From NCBI GenBank assembly GCA_964016885.1, contig OZ024743.1:70990001-71054000 (forward strand): DNA of 64,000 nt. The letters are read 5' to 3'. Of this stretch, positions 40,963 to 53,395 are shown piece by piece. Every line of letters starts with the position of its first letter. Position 1 is the stretch's first letter. Made by a program: the position numbers and the translations under genes. This stretch comes from Eledone cirrhosa (taxonomy: Eukaryota). The notes beneath the pieces are model-generated. The model was given only the letters and a program-made list of their open reading frames with translations. It was not told where the DNA came from and did not search any database.

Positions 40963-41084
40963 ATCACTTTGGTCCAGGAATTGAACCCATGACATTATGA
41001 TCATAAATACAATACTCTAACCATGAGGCCATGTGCCTAACCAATTATTAATTAAGTATTATTAATTGATAATTTCCCCTTCAG

Positions 41085-41261
41085 GTACCTGTCGAAACAA
41101 CCCCGTTTTACCCAATGACTTTTGGTGTAAATGTGTCGGTGGACTTAAGGGACGACGTTGTGAATACGGCCATCACTGTGCTATCAATCCATGCAGGAAT
41201 GATGCCAATTGCATTGAAGGACCAGACAAACCTATTTGCCAATGTGTTGGGCTTTATGAAG
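41085..41261 (+). CDS. FAT1: Fat-like protocadherin exon: EGF repeats
   Basis: ttcag acceptor, G|gtaaaa donor; CKCVGGLKGRRCE, NPCRND; phases 1 to 1. Confidence 0.93.
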
Positions 41262-41743
41262 GTAAAACTTATTTCTTTTATTCTCTTCTCCAAATACTGT
41301 ATGTATGTATACATGTGTGTATGTAAGAGTGTATGTGTGTATATATATGTGTGTTTGTGCATATATATATATGTGTGTGTGTGTATGTGCATATATATGT
41401 GTATATATATATGTGTGTGTGTGTATGTGCATATATATGTGTATATATATACGCGTGTGTGTGTGTGTGTGCATATATATATATGTGAGTAGAAACATAT
41501 ATATTTAATATAGAAATGGCTTCTACAGGACTAGAACTGTTTCATTCAGGAGAAATGATCATGGGTTTCTTGATGATTTCTCCCGAATGAAACGGTTCTA
41601 GCCCTGTAGAAGCCATTTCTATATTAAATATATATACTCAGCTATGTATTGTGTACCTTACTGACTGTGGTCACCCCAATTGAACCCGCGATAAACTTAT
41701 ATATATATGTGTGTGTGTGTGTATATATTGTTTATTTTTCCAG

Positions 41744-41941
41744 GCCCCCTTTGCCAATATGAGTCTGATAAGTGTGCCAACAACCCTTGTAAGAATGGTG
41801 GCACCTGCTACAATGGACCTGGCACTTATTTCTGCAACTGCAGCATTGACACGGTCGGAACTCACTGTGAAGAAATCCTTCTTCCAAATATCTCATCTAA
41901 TAAGCATGGAATCACAGAGAATGAAATCTTCATCATAATTG
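41744..41941 (+). CDS. FAT1: Fat-like protocadherin exon: last EGF and start of TM helix
   Basis: ttccag acceptor, gtgagt donor; NPCKNGGTC...YFCNC, then EIFIII. Confidence 0.94.
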
Positions 41942-43515
41942 GTGAGTTATTATTATTATTTTCCTTATTGTGAAGGCAGTGGATTGGCAGTATCGGTAGA
42001 GCATTGGACAACATGCTTTACAGCATAGAGTTATGACCCTTTATGATCTGAGTTCAAATCCCACCGAGGTTAACTTTGCCTTTCATCCTTACGGGGTCGA
42101 TAAAATAAAGTACCAGTCACGCACTGGAGGTCGATTTAATTGACTTTCCCCTCCCCCAAAATTGCTGGCCTTGTGCCTATATAAGAAACCAATATTATGA
42201 TGTTGCTACTACTTCTAGTATTATTTTATTTAACTGAGAAGAAAGAATGGAATGTAGAATAAGATATAAAAAATAATCCCCAAAATATGAAAAAGGAAAG
42301 GAAAGACAAGGGTTCTAGTGTCACAGAAGAATGGGGAGAGGGAGGGTGATTGGGCTCTGGGCCTGGGGCACAGTGGCAATGGCCACCCCACCTCATGGGG
42401 CTCCTTCCTCAGATCGGCCGCCAATGTTCCGATGTTGTGTAGGAGCTCGGCAGTGTGGGGTCCATGTATGTCTGAGGTCTTGACGGCAACCGGTGCGAAG
42501 AGGATTATATTTCTAATGAAAGATACTGCCGATGATTTTCAAATAATTTTGAAAATAACCATGAATTTGGAGGGGTTTAGTTATATAATTAATTTTCTTA
42601 TTAGAAGAAGCTGGTGTTTGAAACATAAATTAACAATGGTTTTTAAATCAGACTATATGTGAAGATTTTGGGATAAATATAAGCACTTTAAAACAAACAG
42701 GACCAATTTGAGGCCAGATGTTAGCAAAGGGTTGATTAGGAATCCACAATATTTCTATTACTACTGAAGACAGAAGATTGGCAGAATCAGGTTGTTAGAC
42801 ATATTTAGTCACATATCTTTATTGTGTGGGATCAAATCCTATTATAGTTGATTTTGTACCAATCAAATACTGGGGTTGTTTTAATCTACTGCACCTCATC
42901 TTAATGTTCTGGGATCAAACCCTACTAAGGTTGATGCTGTACCAGTCAAATACTGTGATTGTGTAGGTGTCACAACAAAAAGTACCCAGCACAAACTGTT
43001 GATGTGGTTGGCATTAGGATGGGCATCTAGCCATAGAAAACCAGCCCCAAAACGCCCAGCCCACACTGTAAAGTGGACATGTAAAAGACATGGCAAAAAG
43101 CACCCAGCACATACTATGTGGTTGGCATTAGAAAGGGCATCCAGCTGTAGAAAACCAGCCAGAAACACTCCTATATGAGCAAGACATGGTCACCCAACCC
43201 AACTTACCTCTAATTGGGACAAACCTGTCTAACCCATGCTAGCATGGAAGATAGACATTAATTGACGATGATGATTTTGTAATCAAATCTTACTATAGTT
43301 GAGCCTGTACCAGTCAAATACTGGGGTTATTTTAATCAACTGCAACTTCTCTTTATATTTTGTAATTAAATCCTTCTATGGTTGACCCTGTACTAATAAA
43401 ATACTGAGGTTGCTTTAATCAATTACTCCCTTGTCTTTATGTTCTGAGATCAAATTACATGGTAATTGTAACTGTTAATTCATTGTTTTAATATCTGTTT
43501 TTGAATTCCCAACAG

Positions 43516-44031
43516 GTGCCTTAGCATTCCTGATCGTAATAGTAATCTTACTGATTGCCATTCGATTTTGGTACCAGAAGAAGCAAGCTCATCGCCGGAT
43601 TCTTGCCCCCAATTCCCGCTTGGCCAACAACGTGATGAGTGACCCCGATGATCTGAAACATTCCAAACTTAGCAACCCAGACCTGCATCTCGGCATCTCA
43701 CATTGCCCTCCCAGCCCACAGCCACCCCCAGTGCCGAATCGACCGGCCTCTTACACACCGAGCAACCATGACTCGTCTCTCAACACGCTGAACAACTTCG
43801 ACACGGTGCGGAACTATGGCAGCGCCGCGGATCAGCTGGAAAATGTGCATAACATTCCCGTCTACTCCTGCGACCGCATGCAGACGTTCAGCCCGTATCC
43901 GCGCAATGGCGCAAGTGTGCCGCCATCGCTCCCACCGCCCCCTCCGTCGAACTCAGCATCTGACACAGACTCAATACAGAAACCTACCTGGGAGCTTGAC
44001 TATCCAAACATTTTGGAAAATTATACAGAAT
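43516..44031 (+). CDS. FAT1: Fat-like protocadherin exon: TM helix and proximal cytoplasmic domain
   Basis: aacag acceptor, T|gtaagt donor; GALAFLIVIVILLIAI then RFWYQKK; PPVPNRPASYTPS and LPPPPPSNSASDTDSIQKP match FAT1-family tail motifs as recalled. Confidence 0.95.
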
Positions 44032-45094
44032 GTAAGTTATTTAGTCTTTTTTGCATTTTTTAGAAGCAGATATTTTTTTTATTGGATATTTATTTTTCAT
44101 TTGAAGAACTTTTTATTTAATTTTTTTTAAATCTTTGTGTTTGTTTGTTTTTTTCATTTTACTGGAAAAATATATTTTTTCATTTGATTTTCTTTATTTT
44201 TGCAGCTTTTTCTTTGTTTTTAAATATAATTTTTAATTATTTAATTACTTCATTATATAATTCTATTGAGTGGCAAATTGGCAGAGTCATTAGAAAGTTG
44301 GATAGAATGCTTTGCAGTATTCCTTCCAGTTCGCTGTGTTGCTCTGAGTACAAATCCCACAGAAATCAACTTTGACTTTCATTTTTTTTTGCGGTTGATA
44401 AAAAGTACCAACCAGTACTGGGGTTAAAAATTCCTCTATATTTCTTTCTCAGTTCCTTTCTACCACTACCTCTCTCCTTTGAAAGAAATCAGAAGTGTTC
44501 AGACCTGGAGAGGAGATGGGCTCTGCTAGGTTTAAAAAGCCATATGTCGATGCAACACCCTATGATTCCAGCAGGAGATTCTGGTCTATACATTCAGTGA
44601 ATTGGCAGTATCGGTAGAGGGTTGGACGCCATGCTTTCCAGCATAGTTACGTCCCTTTACGGTCTGAGTTCAAATCCCGTTGAGGTTAACTTTGCCTTTC
44701 ATCCTTACGGGGTTGATAAAATAAAATACCAGTAATGCACTGGATAATTGCTGGCATTGTACCAAAAGTAGAAACAATTATTTTATGGCAGAAGAATCAG
44801 TAGGAAGCATTTTAAAGTCATTTTCCTAACTAGAGGAGACATTAGCCTTACAGGCTCCAAGAAAGTTTTTAGATTCATCATGGGATCCCCTTTGAAGCAA
44901 TATTTACCTGATGTTTTTCTTGTGTCAATCCTTTTAGATACCTTTTACATGCAGGAATAGTCTTTACCTATTCTAATAATGGGAAAATGCCCAATGAAAT
45001 ACTACTGCAGTATTTAGTTATGTCTCTTTGTGTTCAGTTTTGGAATACTCTTGATATTGTCTTTGATATTCAACTTTCACAGAATGATGAAACC

Positions 45095-45307
45095 TTAACC
45101 CTTTAGCATTTAAACCAGCTATATCAAGCTAGAATTCTCTCATCTCTTTCTGTTCAAACTGGCTGTAACTGGCTGCTCATACTTATGTTAAGGTATTGTT
45201 ATCAAAATAAATATCAAAATCTCATAGATTCGATATTATGTGAGATAAAGTATTTACCATGAAAATACAGTTGTAAATATAGAGTAATGTAAATGCTAAA
45301 GGGTTAA
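45095..45307. mobile_element. piggyBac-type MITE (unexpanded relative of 13963-14590)
   Basis: TTAACCCTTTAGCATTTA ... TAAATGCTAAAGGGTTAA; same internal sequence. Confidence 0.82.
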
Positions 45308-47226
45308 CCGGTCATATATTGAGGTTGATTCACCAAACTTGGAAACTTCTGCCTATCTCAGAGGTTAATATATTATATGGACAAAATGACTTATAGTATT
45401 TGTAGTGGCCCTTTATATTCTGAATTCAAATCACATCGAGGTCAACTTTGCTTTTCCTCCTTCTGGGAGCAATAAAATAAAGTACCAGTAAAGTACTTGG
45501 ATTTATATAATCAACTTTACCCTCCCTACCAAATAGCTGGCCTTGTGCCTAAAATTGAAGCCATGAAAGTACCAAATGTATTCTGTGGTCGATTTCGACC
45601 ACCCCTATAAAAAGAAAATTGCTGGCCTTGTGCCAAAATTACAAATTGTTATTATTACCAAAGGAGAAATACATTCTTTCATCATGACTCTGTAAAACTG
45701 AATATCAGCCACAACATCAACCTCAATAGATTGTTACAGACTGCAAACCAAAGGCTATAGACAGTATATCCCAGTAACAAATATATATAAATTGATAAAT
45801 TAAATAAATTTATATAAAAATTTAAAAAAACAGCCATTTCTTCTTAAATCCAACATGAGAAGATTTAACAAAACCACCTTTTTCTTATATTTATTTTATC
45901 TATTCTTTTTGTTATTAATTTTCTTTAAAATCAACAAAATATTCCTTTTATATTATATTACATTTTGGTTGGTGCTTACTCTAATACCGTAAAAATATGA
46001 AATATCCAACCCTTCTTGTTTTAATGTCTATCGCAACCACTGGGTCTATTCTTTGGTGCTTCATTTTTTTTAAATAACTAAAAATGGATCTTAAAGCCAA
46101 ATATTTCTCTCAAAATTGCAAACAAGTTTGTAATTTCTTTGCTTATTTTTTATTTAACTTGTACAAGTATTTCTTTTGAATTTTACAAAATTATTTCAAA
46201 ATTTGTTGCTTAAATTTATTAAAATAATTTGGCAGACTTCTTAAACTAGCACTTTTCTTTAAAACCTGTTGCTTAAATTTTATAAATACTTTGCAGACCT
46301 CTTAAAGCAATATATATTTTGCAATACCAAAAACCTCTTTCACAACTGAGTGCTTAATTATTCTAAATAATTTGTAGAGTTCTTAAATGGGTATTTCTGC
46401 TTCAATCACGCAACCTGTTTCATAACTTGGTGCTTATTTTAATAGCATAAAGTTTTCAAAAACCTGACATTTCTCTCGGAACATCAAGACCATTCCTTGA
46501 CTTCATATTTATACTGGCATCATAGAGTCCTTAGAATCTAGTGATTCTCTTACTATTCATGAAATATTCTGGGAAACAAGTGGGTAACAATACATAGGAT
46601 TGCGGATTAACCTCGATTTCCCTAACATCAATTGCCTCTTAACATCCTGAAATGATTTAGCAGAACATATCTAAAAATGGGTTTATTAATTTGAATATTT
46701 ATAGTGTCTATCAATTGTAGATAGATTGTTGTATAAATTTGCAATGTTAAAATAAAGACATTAGTTTTTATTGTGCTGCTCTATCATGAGGTATAGGGTG
46801 TTAAGAGTTAAAGGAGAGAATAGATTTCCCCTAAATAATATATATCACTTTGGGTGTAGATACAAATAAAAAGCAGGCTTTAGCTCACCACGAAACAAGG
46901 TTGATGAAAGCATATAAATACATAGGTGTTCACACAAACAAAACATCCATCTGTGTGTGTGGACTTGTATGTCTATTTATAAATACATACATACACAGAT
47001 ACACACACATATATTTTCATTTTATTAGGGTTAAATAGTGTTTTCTTACTCTGGAGTTTTGCCTTTTTCTGACACGGTCATCAGAGAAGCAGGTGAAACT
47101 TCAGAGTAACAAGACTCACTATTTAGCCTTAATAAAATGAATATTTAAACTCTACTTCGGTATTGAGTACCCTTTTCTCTCGGCGATCAACTACATATGA
47201 ATATACAAATATATATATATACACAC

Positions 47227-47279
<53 letters not shown>

Positions 47280-47819
47280 CATACTACACATCTAAAATGC
47301 ACAGGAAAGAGGTTAATAAACCTTTTATTAAGTCTGCATTTGTAGTTATAGTTCTTGTTGTTGTTGTTACATTGTTTAACCACTGGTTAGCTATGGTCCA
47401 GTAGGTGAGTGATTAAAGGATTTCCATCTTGTTATTTTTGTTATATCAAGTAATACATTGTCTAATGTGTCCTGCCTTCTTTTTAAAGATGCTAGTGTGT
47501 ATTTTGGAGTAGATGCAACTACTGTTTATCACTTACAAAGAAGCTCTTTCACTGTCTCATTTGCATATATTAAGTGATGTTGATGACAATGATGATGGTG
47601 TTAGTTTTGATGGCAATGACACAACTGAAGGCAATGACAACAATTAAAACAACAAGTATAATTATAATAGTAATAGTAGCAATAATAATAGTTATAATTG
47701 TAATAATAATAATAAGAATGAATAACAGATAATAGTATAACTAGTCAAGTGGTTACTGGGGGTTCTTTATAATTATAATAATGGCCTGGTTTCTTTGTAT
47801 TTCCATTTCATGAGAGTAG

Positions 47820-47960
47820 CAGAAAGGAAAAATTCCATGAATTTGGCCAAAGCTATGCCTATACAAGATCCTTCTCCTCTTTTCCACCGCAACCTTTCTG
47901 GACGAGATACCTCATCTTATGGCAGTCTACCAATATCTGGGTCCGAAGAAGACCTTCCTG
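47820..47960 (+). CDS. FAT1: Fat-like protocadherin cytoplasmic exon (SERKNSMNL...SGSEEDLP)
   Basis: tag acceptor in phase 1 after pyrimidine tract, G|gtatgt donor; Ser/acidic stretch positioned like the segment before GYHWD in FAT1. Confidence 0.75.
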
Positions 47961-48595
47961 GTATGTTGAAATGCTTCCAATTTTTAAGGATCTGATATAA
48001 TATGATATAAAATATTTTTTTCTTGTTGTTGTTTGTCCACCTCTAATGACTTTGTTAACAACAGCAGTTAATTAATTAAGTTTAATGAAGCAAGGCAAAA
48101 ACAAAATGAGAAATAGAGAGATTTTTGTTGTTGCTGTTGTTGTATTCAGTCAGTGATTATTGTCTAGAATGACAACAACAACCAACACCAGTGATGACAT
48201 TTTGAGGTGTCTTGTTTTTCACTGTTTTAACATATAACCATTAACATCAATTAACAAAGATTATAATTGCATGTTGCCAAATTTGAGGCCAAAGTTATTA
48301 ATTAAAGACGGATAATAAATATATGATCTGAAGAGGCATCACTGCTCCCTTTTCTTAAATATATATATATATATATTATTTATTTATGTTCATACATAGA
48401 ACAAAAGGCTTTTGTTCCATGTATGAACATAAATAAATAATATATATGTCAGCTCTCATCTCAATTGAGCACTGTTTTCCTTTTCCTTTTTTCTTTTTTC
48501 ACACGGATGTTTTCAACATATATCTATCTATATATAGTTCAAGATGAAAATGAAAACAAACACTGAACAATTACACAGAGTTTTATTAGTTTCAA

Positions 48596-48656
<61 letters not shown>

Positions 48657-48740
48657 AAAGGTAAACAGAAATAACAACATAATCGGTACAGTATATGGAA
48701 TGGATATATTAGGTTAACGCTTGATATAGCAGGAAGAAGG

Positions 48741-48776
48741 TCTTAACGTTTCAGACGCTAGTCCTTCATCAGAAGA
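48741..48776 (-). ncRNA. minimal hammerhead ribozyme motif (Penelope type)
   Basis: minus strand TCTT-CTGATGA-A-GGAC-TAGC-GTCT-GAA-ACGT-T-AAGA. Confidence 0.65.
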
Positions 48777-50248
48777 AAGAATGAGAAATAAGATAGATTG
48801 AGGGGACGGGCAGGTTGGAATTGAAAAAAATGTCTTTAGATAAAAATAATAGGTCCATTCGTGTTAACATCTCTTGCAAAACATATATAGTTAAGGATTG
48901 TACTGGAAAGCCAGTACAATGCAAGTTAGAAATATGGGAGTGAAAAAACTAAATAAAGTAAGACAGGCAAAAGAGAACAACTGTTTACCGTTTTACCATA
49001 TATTTTATGATATTTCAAGGTTAGGACCCCTTTTTCAAAAGTGCCCATTGAAAGTCTGTGTGTATTTATATACACTATGGATTAATGTCAAAAGTGGGAA
49101 AGGAGATTGTCCAGTATTCGGTATTGCCAAAGCCAGAGAAATTTTCTGCTGTTCAAAATTTCAGCAATAAGAAAATTGCTCGATGTTTGACGGTATGACA
49201 TGAAAAGAAATATGTCCTTTCAAACAATAGATTAACTTTTACTGAGGAGATTTATGTCACAAAGAGAGACAAGGATTCTTGTGGTAAATGTTAAGTTTGC
49301 AATGGAACTATAAAATTTCGCTCTATTTATTTTAGAAAGGTGACTTATGAGAGCTGTTTGTTAACCCTTTCGATACCAAACCATATGAAACTGTGTGTCA
49401 TTGAGAAAGCTAAACAGGCCACAGTTTGTGGATGACTGCTTTAGACAATAGTATTCATCATTGTCCCCTTTTAATGTCCGCTTTCCCTGTTAGCAATAGA
49501 TTTTGAGTGGAGGAATATAGCTGATATGAATGTGAGCAGCAATTGGCAATGTGTGTGTGTATATAAATAACAGATAGAAGCTAGTATGGATGTCAAATTG
49601 GATCATAATTCGCTACACTACACACACATACAGTGTGTACATATACACATACTCACACATGTACATAGTAGAACATATTTATAGTGTATGCATACACATG
49701 CACACAGCAGTCAGTTACTAACCAGTGGTGGTTGTGTCTCATCCATCCATCTATTATTTACTAACACTAGGGTAGTTGATTGGCAGAATCATTAGAATAT
49801 GGGGCAAACGCATAGCAGCATTTGTTTCGATGCTTTACATTCTGAGTTCAAATCCTACCATAGTCAACTTCCTTTTCATCTTTTAGGGGTTGATAAGATA
49901 AAGTACTAGTCAAGTACTGGTGTTGATTTAATCAACTTACCCTCCCCCAAAATTGCTGGCTTTGTCCCTAAAGTAGAAATTATTATTTACTAACACCTCT
50001 CTCACTCCCTTTCTACATAAATATATATTTATACATATATATATATATTATATACATATACGTATATATATGTATATATATATATATATACTACATATAC
50101 ATATATATATATACTATATATACATATATATATATATACTACATATACATATATATATATATACTACATATACATATATATATATATACTACATATACAT
50201 ATATATATATACTACATATACACATATATATATATATATATATACTAC

Positions 50249-50304
<56 letters not shown>

Positions 50305-50378
50305 TATACTACTTATATATATATATGCACTATATATATACTATACTACATATATATATATATGCACTACATATATAC

Positions 50379-50418
<40 letters not shown>

Positions 50419-51220
50419 TATATATACATGCGTATATATATATGTGTATTTATATAAATATGTCATTGCTTGCTGCTGTGAATTAACAAAGCGATTATCA
50501 TTAAATATAAATATTAACAATATTAATAATAACAACAATCACATTAGTCTAATATTCCCTAACATTGCCTGCCATGTTTGTTTTCATGTCTACCTACTCA
50601 TCTACCATTCTTTTACAGGGGATATTTCCAGAATCTTCTCTGTCTCTCATGCCTATTGGTAAAAACAAACCGATCAATAACACATTATTTATTTATTAAG
50701 TATCAATTATAGCACTAATTCTAATAATTGTCATTCTTTTTGTATTTATTATTATCATCAATATTATTATTATTATTATTGACAGTATCAGTTGAGCGTC
50801 GGACAACATGCTTTGCAGCATGTAGTTACGGCTCTTTATATTTTGAGTTCAAATCCCACCAAGGTTAACTTTGCCTTTCATCCTTACGGGGTCGATAAAA
50901 TAAAGTACCAGTCACGCACTGGGGTCGATTTAATCGACTTTCCTCTCCCCAAATTGCTGGCCTTGTGCCTATAGTAGAAACCATTATTATTATTATCATT
51001 ATTATTATTATTTTTAGATTGGCAGTATCGGTAGAGCATCAGACACCATGCTTTGCAGCATGGAGTTACGGCCCTTTACGTACTGAGTTCAAATCCCACC
51101 AAGGTTAACTCTGCCTTTCATCCTTGCAGGATCGATAAAATAAAGTACCAGTAATTTACTGGAGTCAATTTAATTAACTTTTCCCCTCAGAAACCTTTAT
51201 TATTATTAATATTATTATTA

Positions 51221-51570
51221 TGGGACTTTGAGATCAAGATCACACAAAAAGTCCATCACAACCGTTCTGATGTTGTAAAAACAGACGACTCCCTAAAATC
51301 AACTCTAATTGATATTGTGGTCCCTCAAGACGACAAAAGATCAGTAAGTATGCAGACCTTGCTGGCAATATTAGAACTGATCACCATGTAGAGACAGGAG
51401 TTGTGCCAATCATCATTGGAGCAGTAGGCATGGTCCCTAAACATCTTATGCCTCTCATCAAAGGCCTTGGGATACCCAACTTCATAGGCAGTGCCCAAAT
51501 TTCTACCTTCACCAGGACTGCCAGAATCCTACGTTATGTATTGACCATCTCAGATCAGGGACTGACCTGA
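51221..51570 (+). mobile_element. R4/Dong-type LINE 3' fragment (restriction-like endonuclease)
   Basis: WDFEIK..HNRSDVV..LIDIVVP..KYADL..VVPIIIGAVGMVPK across a frameshift; preceded by (TTA)n. Confidence 0.75.
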
Positions 51571-52293
51571 GGTCAATTAACACCCAGCACCTCCTCCTCC
51601 TCTTCCTCCTCCTTGGACCTAAATCAGAAACCATTATTGTATAGCCTTGTGGATTGGCAGTATCAGTAGAGGGTCTGATGCCATGCTTTGCAACAAAGTT
51701 ACGGACCTTTATGGTCTGAGTTTAAATCCCGCCGAGATTAACTTTGCCTTTCATCCTTACGGAGTCGATAAAATAAAGTACCAGTAATACACTGGGATAA
51801 TTGCTGGCCTTGTGCCAAAAGTAGAAACAATTATTGTATAGCCTTATCAGATACTTCTAGATAGATACCAATAGATATATAATTACCTATACTACACAAC
51901 AATCCATTCTCGTATTCCATCCATTCTCTCATTCCATCCATACAGTCCATTCTCTCATTCCTATCATTCCCTCATTCCACTGGGCCCTTGTTGTCTAGTT
52001 TTATTCTTCATTCAGAGAGGAACAGTGATCACCTTCTTAAATATCTGGACATCTGGATCACAATATCTCTATATAAACAATAACCAGGCATCTGGAAATC
52101 TCCAGATCCCAATATCCTGGCATCTGGATACTCAAGATCACAATATCCAGACATATAGATATCTCTTGATCAGCTATCCCTGCCTCTAGACATCTGATAG
52201 ATAATAACAACAACATTACTGGTAATAATAATAATGATATTTATTTATTTACTTTATAGTTAATTCAAAACTGTTATAAATTATATATGCAAT

Positions 52294-52335
<42 letters not shown>

Positions 52336-52910
52336 GTGATTTATTCATGTTCATACATGGAATAAAAATGCTACCTAAGGTTTCAAAGCCATACCTCTAA
52401 CAATGTTGAGGGATCAGAATTGTGACCTAATGTTCAGGTGCTATATATATATATATATATAAGCTTTCAATTATACATATTTTTTAAATTGTTAATTGAA
52501 AGATACATATTTATAAATAAATTTAAACAAATTTTTAAAGGATTTAGGTAAAAAAAGAAAGAAAAAGAATTATGTATTATTTTGTTTAATTTTGTATTGT
52601 ACACAAACCATAAAAAGGTACTCAATACCTTCGAGGTGTGTATGATATGAATGTGCAATTTTTTTTTTTTTTAATGTGTCAGATAAACAGGATTACGTTA
52701 ATATTCCTAGGATTTCATTTGATATTTTAATCATCTGAACTTGTCAGCAGATTATTAAGATGGATTTCTTCTCACTCTTCTAACATGTTCTTTGATTAAA
52801 ATGACCAATATTATGAAACCATAGTCCTCTGAATATGTAACCCTGCTTACTTTCCATATGGAACATATATACATATACCCACACATATATATATTATATA
52901 TACATTTATA

Positions 52911-52951
<41 letters not shown>

Positions 52952-52979
52952 GCATATATGTAAGTATATGTATATATAC

Positions 52980-53095
<116 letters not shown>

Positions 53096-53331
53096 TTATG
53101 TATATAGATATATAAATGAAATTTAAATAAACAAAAGAAAATACCCACCATATTTTTTTTTAAAAGGCGAAAATGTTTCCCCACTGAAATAACAGGGGTT
53201 GTGGAACTGTTAAAAGCTGGTGTTGTCACCTTAGTTCTGTGAGTATTAACTATGTGGATGTGGCATACATATAAATATATATCTATATATATAAGTTTTT
53301 GTTTTTTTTAAATATATATATATATATATTC

Positions 53332-53395
<64 letters not shown>

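Noticed and set aside
42230-42740. GC-richer segment with 114-aa ORF
   Set aside because: No recognisable domain or splice fit; probably an old minus-strand LINE 3' end but not supportable
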